Origin: Octopus vulgaris
Lineage: Eukaryota
NCBI GenBank assembly: GCA_951406725.2
Contig: OX597823.1
Coordinates: forward strand, 90,272,001 to 90,336,000
Length of the DNA: 64,000 nucleotides
Reading direction: 5' to 3'
A program made the translations under genes and the position numbers. The notes under the pieces are model-generated. The model was not told where the DNA came from, searched no databases, and saw only the letters and a list, made by a program, of their open reading frames with translations. Of the stretch, positions 37,335 to 50,425 are shown one piece after another; within the stretch, counting starts at the first letter, position 1; each line of letters opens with the position of its first letter.

Positions 37335-37750
37335 TTTCTTTATTGGCCACAAGGGCTGAACACAAAACAAATAGGGTACAATACAAAACTAGGGACACTT
37401 GGGATTTAGCACAGAAATCAAGTAAACAATAAAGTAACAATGACAATTAACTATGTAAATTAAACAATAAAATTCCCCCTACCCCAAAATGGGGAGTTCC
37501 TCACAGAGACAACTGAGAAACCCCATGCATTCTGGTTATTTGCCAGATACACCTCAGCAGGTGCCTCTCTCTCCTTCTCAACTCTGGTTTACAAACAAAA
37601 GTTCAAAGCAGGCTCATTTACACGAGCCCTCCTCACCACTTTCACCCACCTCTCAACAAATTTACTGGGTGGGTGGGGGCAGGACTTTCCTCTCTACTTT
37701 CACTTTCCTTTTCAAGTGGAACTTCGAGAAAGTTGATGAGGGCTTGGCAT
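37335..37750 (-). mobile_element. 3' end of a Tx1/L1-like LINE
   Basis: Minus strand QALINF / KFHLKRKVKVERKVL / KFVERWVKVVRRARVNE (frameshifted), ending gcccttgtggccaataaagaaa. Confidence 0.6.
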
Positions 37751-37830
37751 GGGTAGATGAAATAGACATGAAACCTTGTTTAGTGCAACTTCAGAAAGCA
37801 GTATTATTAGTGATGGCTAGGATACTTAGA
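37751..37830 (+). pseudogene. C-terminal fragment of an RLE-type (R4-like) LINE ORF
   Basis: LVQLQKAVLLVMARILRKVL matches the typical LQKxxLLGTARILRKVL C-terminus and resembles 44870-44938. Confidence 0.6.
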
Positions 37831-38721
37831 AAAGTGTTGTATGGGGAATCTGTACACCCCCGTGATTGGCAAAGTGAACTCTACTAGTTAGTATAAATGA
37901 GCATGCATTGAACAGTCTGAGAAAAGTGTCATATCTGCAGGCATATTGTACAGGTCATAGGAATTATTGAATAGAGATATCGTGGAGCACACAGTTGGAG
38001 GGTAATAAGAGAACATCAGAAAGTTTAATATTATAACAGTTCAGATATAACAGTGACGATGAGAAGTCGTATGTCGTATCAGAAGGTTCTTTGCATCTAA
38101 GGTTACTTGTTGTAGCCTGGTGTTAGGAACTTTTCTTTTTCAACAGGTTAATCTGTTGTGTATATATGAAATAACAATAATAGTAAATGCCCTGATGCAG
38201 TACCAGGCAGTGGCTCTCATAGCTTCTGATCTTAACTGATTGGAAGTGTTATCATGTACATTGTTTTGTCTTGGTATAAAAGATGGGCTACAGCAAATAT
38301 TCTGCTCAGTACCACAGATTTGCTTGTCACTTGTTTGACCATAACCAGTTGAGCATGTCCCTTAGTGGCTGATGATATGTGCATCTCTGATCATGAGCAG
38401 AAGCAGCAGGGGAGCATCATATCATAGCCATGTGTCGAGAGGAATTCTTTGGGGTCTAAATAATTCCCCTCTGGAAACATGGGTGTTTCGTTCAACATCC
38501 TTAAACAACTCTTGGTCAGGGATCTTTTGAAGCAGAATATTTGAGTTGTATATGGTTGGTTTAAATGCCGAAGGGTTAAAACAAAAGGCTTGTATTGTAG
38601 AACTAAGGACAACTTCAATAAGGTTGGCATCAAATGGGTTAAACTGCACAGACAATGCATCTGTCTGTGTATTATATTCTTGAAAACAATTCAAGATTTT
38701 ACCAGAAATACTGATGTTCTG

Positions 38722-38782
<61 letters not shown>

Positions 38783-38807
38783 CATACACACACAACATAT
38801 ATGTGTG

Positions 38808-38857
<50 letters not shown>

Positions 38858-38960
38858 CACTCATACATATATGTATATATATACATATATTATACATACA
38901 TATATATATATATATTCTATACATCGTCATCATTTAACATATAGATACATATATATGCAC

Positions 38961-38995
<35 letters not shown>

Positions 38996-39049
38996 TATAT
39001 ATATGCATATATATACATACACCAACTAATGCTCTTGTGTTTGTCTGTC

Positions 39050-39100
<51 letters not shown>

Positions 39101-40875
39101 GCTCTTATATATATATGCACACACCCCCAACACATCATTTGTCACAGACCTGACCTATTTCTGCTGCAATTGTCTTCAATCTTCCTCTTTTAGAAGCAGT
39201 AAAAGGAGAGGGTGGTGGTGGTGGTGTGAGGATCAGGTAATGATTGAGTACCATGATTGGTGATGGTGGCAGGTAAGTTGGGGGTGAGGAGTGTGGGAGA
39301 TGAATCTAGTGCTGGTTATTATTGCTTTTGAAGAGCCATTTCAGAGTTATTTTGGGGTGATGGCCATGATGAGTTTTTTTTTTTAGTGTAGTGGCACTAA
39401 GAGTGGACAAGAGGGTGAATCAGTGTGGTGGTGGTGGTCAGAAAGGCGACAATTATGATTGGTGTTTGAATAGTAGTGGTCAGGAAATGGTGGTAAAAAT
39501 GTAGTGGCCAGAGAGGCAGTAGTGTTGATGATGATTGTGATAATTATGGTCAGGGAAATGATAATTAATAGTGGTGGTCAAAGTTGTGATTAGAGAAGTA
39601 ATTAAAATAGTGGTCAAAGAGGTAAGGATGATGGTACCGGTGGTAATAGTAGCGGTCAGGGAAATAATAATTATAATGGTGGTGTTGGCTATATTATGGG
39701 GGATCATTCAGCTTGTATTTCAAAGAAGAGTGAGACTGTCCATGTGAACTGATGCAAATTGCAGGGCTCAGTGAACATTGACACCTTGAACACGCATTGA
39801 GGGTCCTGAGATCCCATTGTCCTGGGGCCCGTCAGGTCGAAAGTTATTTAAAGTGACAGGCAGAATCTATAGCAAGCTATAGGCACAAGAGTGGCTGTGT
39901 GGTTAGAAGCTTGCTTCCCAACCACGTAGTTCCAGGTTCAGTCCCACTGCATAGCACCTTGGGTAAGTGCCTTCTACTATAGCCTTGGGCCAACCAAAGC
40001 CTTGTGAGTGAATTTGGTAGACGGAAACTGAAAGAAGCCTGTTTTATATACATATATATACATATGTGGTTGGTAAGCAAGCTACTTACCACACGGCCAC
40101 TCCTATGCCTGACATTATCCGACAAACACCAACCAAGATGGCATGAATCAGCCCAGCTTTATCTGCTAGAAATAGCAACTCAGATGTTTTAAAATCAAGA
40201 AGCAAATGGAGGGCAGATTTTTAATCCTGGGATCATCCTGATCCCCAAAAGGTATAATATGTCTATGTAGAGCAAATGTAGACTGAGATACAGGGGTCCT
40301 GGATGGATAGACAGACAGAATTTCACTTTTATTATCATAGATGTGTACCTTTCCAAGATGGGTTTTAACTTGATGAAGATCTAGCTTCTATTTCTAGTGA
40401 ATGGAGTGACTGTGTAGAGGTTCTCTTGTTAGGTCGAGATGCTAGTGGTGCTGGTTGATGTTGTTCAAGGACAGCGGATACTTGTGTGAGCATGTGTGTG
40501 TGTATGTATGCATGTATGCACACATGAATAGCTTGTATATATATATGTGAAAGAAAAACCAAGTGTATGTATATGTGTGTGTGTGTGCATGCATGCAGTA
40601 GTGAAAAAGAGGTCAAAGGTTGTCAAAGGATGGAGGTAGGTAGGTGATGTAGAAATCATCCAGTGAAGGGGAGGGAGGGAGAAGAGAGAAGTAAGACAGC
40701 ATCTTACAGTGATAGTGATGATGATTGCTTTGGCTATGGTCAAGGTTGGGGGTGAAGTGTGTGTGAAGAGGTGTTGATTCTTGTTAACTTTTGAGTCATC
40801 ATAATCATCATCATCCTCATCATTACCATCACTCCCATTGAATCATTGTCCTCCTCCTCATCATCATCATTATCA

Positions 40876-41136
40876 TCACCCATCATCATCATTTCCACCA
40901 CCACCACCATCATCATCATTGTCAGAATCAACTTCCTGCTGTTTTGTAAGGGATGTCATGAGAAAGAGTGTATCTGGGAACAATAGTTTGTCTGCAGATG
41001 ATGACAATGATGATGATGGGTGATGGGCATTGAGGGTGGGTGGGGATAAGGAAACTGGGCAGATGCTGCCATTGGAGGAAATGACAGTAGACAATGATGA
41101 TGATGATGCTCCTAGTGGTGATGGTGAAAGTGAATG
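40876..41136 (-). other. Candidate exon (acceptor at 41137/41136), Ser/Pro-rich reading frame
   Basis: Minus strand CCTAAT-TTCTTTTCTCTCCTGCCACTCC-TAG (branch point, pyrimidine tract, AG), then open frame HSLSPSPLGASSSSLSTVISSNGSICPVSL...; no homology recognised. Confidence 0.25.
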
Positions 41137-43842
41137 CTAGGAGTGGCAGGAGAGAAAAGAAATTAGGTCAGGGAAGTGGATCAAGTTGCTGTCAGAAGAT
41201 GATGATGACGAGGAGGAGGAGGAGATGATTTATAATGATGATGATGATTATAATGAAGAAGAAGATGATGATGGTGGTGGTGGTGGTGTTGATAACACAA
41301 AGAACTGGATCATGAGTAGTCATGAGAACAAATGGTGGTGGTGGTAATAATTTCATCCAATAAAAGATTTTTTTTTTTTAATCTGGTACTTATTCTATTA
41401 GTCCCTTTTGCCAAGCTGCTAAGTTATGGGGGAACATAAACCAACACAGCTGTCAAGGGGCAGTGGAGAACAAACATAATGTCTCATGCACACACAGGAT
41501 TTCTTTCAAGTTTCCACCTACCAGATTCACACACAAAGTTTTGATCAAACTGGTGCTCTGGTAGAAGACACTTTCCCATGGTGCCTCACAGTGGGACTGA
41601 ACTCAAGACCACATGGTTGGGAAGCAAGCTTCTTGACTGCACAGCCATGCCTGCATGCATATTGAGAGAAATGAGCCTGGAATGGAATTATGGAGGGAGA
41701 TGCATCTGGACGAAATAGAGAGAAAGGGACTTAAGTTGAAGGAGATTCTTCAAAGAGAATTCTAGAACAAAGGTATTGGTAACCTATTTTAGTTGTCTTA
41801 AATGAGTCATCGTTGAAGTACATTTGTGAGTGTATGTAGGTCAGAAATAAACTGACTGACCACTGGCTGACCACTAAATTGACATAAATTATCAGAGGAT
41901 TTTTTTTTTTTTCTGGAAGGTAGGGTGTAAGTTTTCAAGTTCTCAACCATTTTTTACATATGATCCCTTTTGATCCCTATTTTACTTGGGATGGTAGTGG
42001 GGCTCCTAGCCATTCGATGTCTAAAAACCCCTATTATATTTTTATGATTAAATATTATTAGGAATTGCATAAAAAAATGTTAAAATATTTGGTGTGTTGT
42101 AGAAGTAAAACCAGTTTATTGCAGATAAATTTTAACAAGAAAATCTTATATGGACCCGCAAGGATCACATGGATCCTCAAGGGGCATGTGGACACTGGTT
42201 GAGAACCACTGGTGTAGGAAAAGAGGCAGTGCCAAGCTTAATGATAAAATGGAAATGGTTTGATGTGTGGAGGCCATGGGCTTCTCCTGTGTGTTAGATC
42301 CTATCTGCTAATGGTGTGTAGTGTGAGAGAGCCAGTTAGTTTATGTCTTCACTGTCTCGTGTCCCGATGCAGAAAAAGGTAGTTGTAAGGGCTCGTGCCA
42401 GAATCTCACACACTAATGTTATCTAGCAATCTTGTTTTAAACCCACAGTCAAGGGGGTAACTGTTCCTACACCATTAATGTCCCTAGAGAATTTCTCTAA
42501 GTCAACATCAGCTTGGAAGGAAACCCAGAAAGCCAACATTGCTTCTAGGAAGAAAGAACCGTGGGGGTTGGATACAACAAGGGTGATGGGAGGAAGAGAA
42601 ACAAGTGGGGTGGGGATGTTTGAGTGGGGGTGGCATGAGTCCACCTGGTTACAAGTAATAAGGGCCATGATAGTATTTTGGTCAGCCTATGAACTTTTCA
42701 GCTGAAACTCACGCACACACACACACACATGTATGTATGTAAATATGTATGTCATACACAACTTTGGCTGTCCTACTAGAATATAAATAATTCTTCTCAT
42801 TATGAGAATTCATCAAATGATAATTATCTGAATATAAAATAATTAAACAAGAGAAGAAACTACCCCTCCCCCCTCCCACTCCACTTACACACAACATAAA
42901 TAACATCAATAACCATTTCAAGAACAACCACAAAAATGTATCAAATTTGAATAATTAATAAGATGTAAGACGGGTTATTTTGATTAAGCATCGATTAGAG
43001 AAAACACCAACCATAAAAACAAAAAAAAATCTGATGAGGTAAAAGATTAGGATGATGGGGTGGGGTGGAATAGGTTGCTTGTGGTGTTTGTGTTTTGGTC
43101 AAACCAGATCAGAGAGTCTTGTGGTCAAATAGCATTTTAGTATGCAAAACCACTGTGTCGGAGTTTCAGACATAGTATATCTAGGACTATATCATTTAAT
43201 AGGTTCCGCTGTTCCACTGACTGGCATTCCATCGGTTATGATGACGAGGGCCCCAGTCGACCTGATCTGCAAATCAGTCTGTTTGTGAAATTAACATGCA
43301 AGTGGCTGAGCACTCCACAGACACGCACACCCTTAACGTAGTTCTCAGCGAGATTTACTATGACAAAGCAGGCCCTTTGAAATGCAGGCACAGATCATTT
43401 TTGCCAGCTGAGTGGACTGGAGCAATGTGAAATAAAGTGTCTTGCTCAAGGACACAATGCACTCCTGGGAATTGAACTCATGACCTTGCAATCGTGAGCT
43501 GAATACCTGAATCACTAAGCTACATGCCTTCATTGAGACATAGTTGTAAGCTAGACTACATTAGTCAGTATTAGTTTCCTTCTTCTAAGATGGTAGGAGG
43601 TGATTTGAAAGAGAGTGTTGAGGGTTCAATCTCCATGTAGAGCTAACCTTGTAGACTGGGTTGAGTAAAGGTAGTTGTTGCTGTATTGTTTAGCCCTTGG
43701 TCAGGCTTGACTGAGCCGACATATGATCAAAAGTGTTCCAGTTATGGCTATCACATCTTTTTATATATTAAGGGCTACATTGTTAAAAAAATAATAAAAA
43801 ATAATGATGATAATAATAATAAGAAGAAGAAAAAGAAGAAGA

Positions 43843-45015
43843 ATGCACCACCCTAAGGCAGATATAGAACAACTTTATCTGCAAAGAAAAGAGGGAGGCC
43901 ATGGACTTTTACAACTGGAATTAGCAATGAAGATTGCCACAATTGGCCTAGACACCTACCTGAAAAACTCTGATGACTGGATGTTAAAACTTGTCTCAAA
44001 ACATGAAAACAAGAAAGCATCAAACTCAGTAACAATACAGGCAAAGGAATGTCTAAGTGAATTCCAAATACAACAAATTCCAGAATTAGACATACTAGAA
44101 ACAAGCGCAGAAAAAGCTAAGCGTATGAAAACCCATGCTAAAACTGCTGCCTTAGATATTCTTACTGATAAATGGGAAGAGAAGCCTCTCGATGGCAACT
44201 ACCCAAAGAGAGTGAATAATGCCGATGTTGACAAAGCTCTTATCCATCAATGACTAATGGCCTCTGGCTTAAAATCTGAAATGGAAGGGTTTATCATAGC
44301 AGCCCAAGATCAATACCTACCTACAAGGAACTATCAGGCCAATATATTAAAGAACGGTAGCTTCCCAACATGTCGTGTATGTCAATAACAAAATGAGACT
44401 ATTGATTATGTTGTCTCCATGTGCAGTTTTCTTGCACCTACAAAGTATCTCAACAGGCATGATAGAGCTGCACAATATATTCACTGGGTAATTTGCAAAA
44501 ACCTGGACCTGCCTCATGATAAAAACTGGTGGGAACACAAACCACCTCCAGTGCTTGAAAATGATCACATCTCACACCTCTGGAACTTCACTATTCAAAC
44601 TGACAGAAAGATAGATGCAAATAGGCCAGACATCATATTGAAAGACTTCAGACGAAAAACATGCCTCCTCATTGATATGACTGTCCCAATCGATATAAAC
44701 GTATCTGTCAAGACCTACCAAAAACTGAGCAAATATAAAGATCTTGAAATAGAAATTAGCAAAAATGTGGAACCTCAAGACTAAAACAATACCTGTTGTC
44801 ATAGGTGCCCTAGGAATGATAGCAAAAGGGGCTGATTGCTACCTAGCTCAGATACCAGGAAACCCCAAAATGGCAGAAATTCAAAAGATAGTGCTCATGG
44901 GAACTGCTCATATCCTACACAAAATACTTTCTATGTAATCTCAAATTTTAAAACAAACTCATAATTTTCTTATGGTTTCTTAAACATTCTCTAGAACAAC
45001 ACTATTTACAAAACC
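43843..45015 (+). pseudogene. 5'-truncated R4/Dong-type non-LTR retrotransposon (CCHC-like knuckle plus restriction-like endonuclease)
   Basis: HPKADIEQLYLQRKEGGHGL, AAQDQ, CRVC...C, RHD, NRPDII...LIDMTVP...KLSKYKDL, IPVVIGALG, IQKIVLMGTAHILHKIL*; several stops and a frameshift; 5' junction in (TAA)/(GAA) repeats. Confidence 0.92.
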
Positions 45016-45029
45016 AAGGTTCCAGTGTG

Positions 45030-45320
45030 ATTTAGTTTGGTTTCTATGGCTGGATGCCCTTCCTAATGCCAGCCACTTTACAGTGTGTGCTGGGTGCTTT
45101 TAATGTGGCACCAGCACAAGCACTTTTACGTGACACCAACATGTGTGCTTTTTATCTGGCACTGACACATGACTCTTGCAGGCCAATCCTCTTCCTCAGG
45201 GGATGCAGCCTTAATACTGCGAAGGATGGGTCATCTTGAGTACAGCAAAGCACCAGTTATCTTGGTCCTTTGTCATCTTGTCTGTAAGGTTCAGCATTCT
45301 GAAGTCATCCTTCATTAGCT
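45030..45320 (-). mobile_element. Older RTE subfamily 3' fragment
   Basis: DDFRMLNLTDKMTKDQDNWCFAVLKMT aligns with HDLRTLGLTEEVTRDRDLWKYSVREKT; followed by the RTE UTR motif. Confidence 0.7.
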
Positions 45321-45723
45321 CATAAAGGAAAAAAGGCAGAAGGCTACCTGTAGGACTCAAACCCATATCTATTGTAAACCAAACAGCTATGATACCATTA
45401 CACCAAGGTAGTTTTCCACCTTTCATCCCTCCAAATTCGATATTTTAATCTTACATGTAAGAAAAATTGTTTGATGTTCTGAACTTGGTTGTGGTAATTC
45501 CTGAAACATCACTGATGTCACACCATATTAGGCTCTTGCTGATACAGTTTGGCATAGCACTGAAGGTGCAGAGATGGAAAAGTCAAAGTTTCATACAACT
45601 TTGTCACCTGACTGTACTCTGTACTGGCAACATTCATTTGGAAAGAGTGACCTTATACACAGCACAAACATTTCATCATTATAAACAAAGAAATCAGCAA
45701 GAAAACAAAAGAGTCTACAATAT

Positions 45724-46138
45724 ACTCTTACTCTTTTACTCTTTTACTTGTTTCAGTCATTTGACTGCGGCCATGCTGGAGCACCACCTTTAGTCGAGCA
45801 AATCGACCCCGGGACTTATTCTTTGTAAGCCCAGTACTTATTCTATCGGTCTCTTTTGCCGAACTGCAAAGTGACATGGACGTAAACACACCAGCATCGG
45901 TTGTCAAGCAATGCTAGGGGGACAAACACAGACACACAAACATATACACACACACTTATATATATATACATATACGACAGGCTTCTTTCAGTTTCCGTCT
46001 ACCAAATCCACTCACAAGGCATTGGTCGGCCCGGGGCTATAGCAGAAGACACTTGCCCAAGATGCCACGCAGTGGGACTGAACCCGGAACCATGTGGTTG
46101 GTTAGCAAGCTACTTACCACACAGCCACTTCTGCGCCT
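45724..46138 (-). mobile_element. SINE family A, young full-length copy
   Basis: CpGs retained; near-identical to 48047-48449. Confidence 0.92.
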
Positions 46139-46818
46139 ATATATATATTTTTATATTTTAAAAAAATGTGTAGAGGTAACAGACAGTACAACTTGTCATG
46201 CCACGAAAATTAATGGAAATTACCAGGAGCTCTTGCAGAATAAAAGGCAAGTAAACTATGAATGTTAATTTTAATTTAAATTTAATTTTATAAATAGATC
46301 TTTTATCAAGAAACAATATATAAATTAATATTTTAACACTAATAATCAAACACAATCCAATTAAAAAATTAAATAATATTGTTATATAAATACATTACTT
46401 ATCTTATCGAAAAACATTTTATAACGGAATTTTAAATGTAAAAACGTAGTTACAATACGTATATTTATTTATTTTTATTATCATTATTATTGAGTGAGAG
46501 AGCAGCGCATGCCATCAAAGTGACAGTGGGGTAAAATATACGAGGCCCAGTATACCCATCATGACTACCCGTCTGATAAGGGTACACCAGGCACATGCAT
46601 CACAACCATATGTGTGCGACATGATGATCTCATATTAAGATAAACAGCACATGACCTTGTAGGTGGGGCCCAGTTAGAATTTTCTTCTGGTCGAGTAACC
46701 TATCCTGCTCAAAAGGTCCCTGAGTAAGGGTTGTTTAAGGATGTTGAACGAAACACCCATGTTTCCAGAGGTGAATTATTCAAGCCCCAAAGAATCCCTC
46801 TCAACACATGGCTATGAT

Positions 46819-46855
<37 letters not shown>

Positions 46856-47458
46856 CTGTGAATTAACATATTACATATAATTTATTTTGTAAAATAGTTT
46901 TGTAAGACAAAATTTTCTCTAATAGTTAGGAGTTTTATTTGTTATGCAGTATAACATTAAAGTAAATACTTTTAATATTAATTGATATTTTGGTTAATTC
47001 TATAAGTGAGTGTAATATTAAATCTATATATACTATATATAAATTAATAATATAGTAAGTTTAAATAATAGGTGTGTTTATATTTCAACCATTTTCTATT
47101 TTTAAATTTTGTAGTCATAGTTTGTAGTAGTATTATGTATATAAGTTAGCATGAAGTTTTTTTTTAGTATATGTATTAATTAAAATAAGATTTAACTTAG
47201 ATGTTTATCAAATAAATAAATAGATAAATAGATAAATAAATAAATGATTTAATTTAATGTATATAGAATAAATTATAGTATTTTAGTTTTCACTAAATGT
47301 ATATTTTGAATTATATATATATATTACTATTACCATTTTGTAGTTTATTTAATTATTGGTATAGGTTTTATTATATATTTAATTTTTTTCTATATGGTAT
47401 AATTTAATTATATCATTGTTCTTGCATTGTTGAATTGATGAAAGGTGGTTCTTCTCTA

Positions 47459-47505
<47 letters not shown>

Positions 47506-47508
<3 letters not shown>

Positions 47509-48041
47509 GGTGTCCCAAAAAAATGTATACACACCTTAAATAATTGTAAATTTGGGGTTTATTATAATTCGAATAATTTTCAACATGTAAAAGAATTTAC
47601 AAATATCATTCTATTGTCTTGTTATCGCATGTTCTCAAACTGATGTCCATTCTGCTCCAGACTCTGCTGACAACGCGAAGCGATGGAATGGCACACATCA
47701 TGGAACAATTCCCTTGGTATATTCGTACATTCATGTTCAATGGTTGCCCTCAATTGAACGACTGTTGCAGGTTTCTGTGCGTAGACTTTGTCCTTTAGGT
47801 ATCCCCATAAAAAGAAGTCTAGTGGTGTGAGGTCTGGTGAACGTGGAGGGTATTCGACAAAACCTCTCCGTCCAATCCACCTGTTTGGCAAGATCCCATC
47901 AAGAAAGGATCTAACATCGCGATGGTAGTGTGGAGGTGCCCCATCTTGCTGGAAATAAAACTCTTCCTGTTCAAAGTCCTCTCTAATGCTTGGCATGACA
48001 GACTGTTGCACCATGTGTATACATTTTTTTGGGACACCCTA
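47506..48041 (-). mobile_element. Internally deleted Tc1/mariner element, DD41D (rosa-type) transposase C-terminus
   Basis: 27-bp TIRs CAGGGTGTCCCAAAAAAATGTATACAC, TA flanks; ORF 47622-48014 FQQDGAPPH...WIGRRG...PPRSPDLTPLDFFLWG with 41 residues between the last two catalytic Asp. Confidence 0.93.
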
Positions 48042-48046
48042 TATAT

Positions 48047-48449
48047 ACTCTTTTACTCTTTTATTTGTTTCAGTCATTTGACTGCGGCCATGCTGGAGCA
48101 CCGCCTTTAGTCGAGCAAATCGACCCCGGGACTTATTCTTTGTAAGCCCAGTACTTATTCTATCGGTCTCATTTGCCGAACCGCTAAGTGACGGGGACGT
48201 AAACACACCAGCATTGGTTGTCAAGCAATGCTAGGGGGACAAACACAGACACACAAACACACACACGCATATATATATATATATATATATATATACGACA
48301 GGCTTCTTTCAGTTTCCGTCTACCAAATCCACTCACAAGGCATTGGTCGGCCCGGGGCTATAGTAGAAGACACTTGCCCAAGATGCCACGCAGTGGGACT
48401 GAACCCGGAACCATGTGGTTGGTTAGCAAGCTACTTACCACACAGCCAC
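48047..48449 (-). mobile_element. SINE family A, young copy
   Basis: Direct near-identical repeat of 45724-46138; head fused to a plus-strand family-C-head SINE at 48450. Confidence 0.92.
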
Positions 48450-49445
48450 AGTGGTTAAGAGTGTTGGGCTCATAATCATGGGGTAGTGAATTAGATTCCT
48501 GGACAGGGCTGTGTTGTGTTCTTGAGCGTCACACTATTTCACATTGCTCCAGTTCACTCAGCTGTAGAAATGAGTTGTGACGTCACTGGTGCCAAGCTGT
48601 ATCGGGCTTTGCCTTTCCCTTGGATAACATTGGTGGCATGAAGAGGGGAGGCTGGTATGTATGGGCGACTGCTGGCCTTCCATAGAATCAACCTTGCTCT
48701 GCCTTGGTGCAATCTAATGGTCACTTATGATCAAAGGGGGTCTTTACCATTTATATATTCGTATATGACAGGCTTCTTTCAGTTTCCTTCTACTAAATCC
48801 ACTCTCAAGGTTTTGATTGAGAAAACACTTGCCCAAGATGCCATGCAGTGGAACTGAACCTGAATCTATACAGTCGGGAAGCAAACTTCTTCACCTTACA
48901 GTTATGTGTGTGCGTGTGTGTGCGTGCATTTGTTGATACATATACATGCATACACACACACACATGCTGAGCTATATTTTTCAGTAATTCTATAGTTATT
49001 CCGCACTCCACAACGAAGTGACAAAAAAAAATTTTTTTTTAATGGTAACTAGGCACACCCTTATTTTTTGACTCCTGCAATTTCTCTGCAGAGACATTCT
49101 CAGAGACATTTTTTTTTGCTTCAACATGTGATGTCAAATAAATTCAGTGAATTCTCATGACTAATCAGTTTTCTTCTGTAAAGAACGGTTATTTATTTAT
49201 TTATGAATTTATATATGTGTGTCAGTTTGGTGATGATAAAAAAAAGGCTACACACACACATGCACAAACACACACACAAACACACACACACATATATACA
49301 TACATACATATATATATGTTACTGTAACATCGTCCTCTGTGGGACCACCACATTTAGTTGGCAAATATATTTTACAATTCTATACTGTTACTGTTTAACT
49401 CTCCCTCAGAGATTTAATACATCCTATATATATATATATATATAT

Positions 49446-49863
49446 CTCACGCCAGACTTCTCTCTGATGACCTCGCTACTGATGTGCTCTCTCAACAAGA
49501 TTCCAAGCAGTGACCTTTCCATGGCTCTTTGAGCCGTTATCAGTCTCTGCTCTTCTCTCTTTGTTGTAGCCCATGTTTCACTACCATATAACATTGAGGG
49601 ATGTCATTGCAGAATATACCTGCAGCAAGTTTAGATGGGCTGGACACGTCGCCCGGCTCACCGGTGGACCTGCGCAGTTGTCGAGTCGTACATGCATGAG
49701 CGGAAATGACCTCTTGGAAGGCCTCCACGACGGTGGAGTTATGATTTCAGGAGGGCGATTGGGATCACGTGGATGAGAAAGGCGCGATCCAGAGAGGAGT
49801 AGACAGCGTGCTGTGACCAGAGGTGTCAAATGGATGCCCGACGGACTGGTCGGTCAAGGTGAT
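49446..49863. mobile_element. RTE-type LINE 3' fragment with 5' inversion
   Basis: 49446-49596 (-) encodes MLYGSETWATTKREEQRL...EKSGVR; 49595-49863 (+) continues RDVIAEYTCSKFRWAGHVARL...GRPPRRW. Confidence 0.88.
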
Positions 49864-50034
49864 ATATGTGTGTGTGTGTGTGTGTATAACAAATGGCTAA
49901 GGTCAGTTGGGTGTGAAGCTGGGGTATTTCTAGTGAAGCACTCAACCTGAGTACTGGGCGAATGAACACTGTCGGGATCCAAGCCAAGGCTGGAATACTT
50001 TTGTAGAAAATTCAAGTTTCACAATGATTATACT

Positions 50035-50425
50035 GTCATATAGGTATGGTAAAGGGTAAATGATCCAATGAAAAGGAGAAGACAAAGAAAATTCTTTTAC
50101 ACATCTTTAATTAAAAGTTACAATTGTTTCATGTGATTCTGTACACTCTCCATTTGCAACGCCAGTGTCCGCAAAAACATTACATAATTTATGCAGTTTT
50201 AGCCATCGGAGAGGCACCTCCTGATACTTGTACCAAGGTCAAATAGACACACAATGTAATAGCATGACTTTGATACAAGTCTGAGGAAGTGCCTCTCCAA
50301 TGCCTAAAACTGCATACATTACATAATTTTTCCTTCAAGAATGGAGATGATACAGAAACATGTATAACTTATTATTAAATAAGTATAAATGAATTTTCTA
50401 AGTGTTCTTCTTTTCATTGGAGTAT
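50035..50425. mobile_element. Head-to-head pair of hammerhead-bearing Penelope-like termini
   Basis: Plus motif 50277-50370 AAGT-CTGAGGA...GAAA-CATGTA-TA-ACTT; minus motif 50115-50229 AAGT-ATCAGGA...GAAA-CAATTG-TA-ACTT; ~50-bp inverted arms; homologous tails ...cttttcattgga. Confidence 0.7.

Noticed and set aside
50177-50330. MITE with a 12-13-bp TSD (cattacataatt)
   Set aside because: Homology between the two sides extends beyond the apparent TSD into hammerhead cores and tails, so a head-to-head retroelement pair explains it better.
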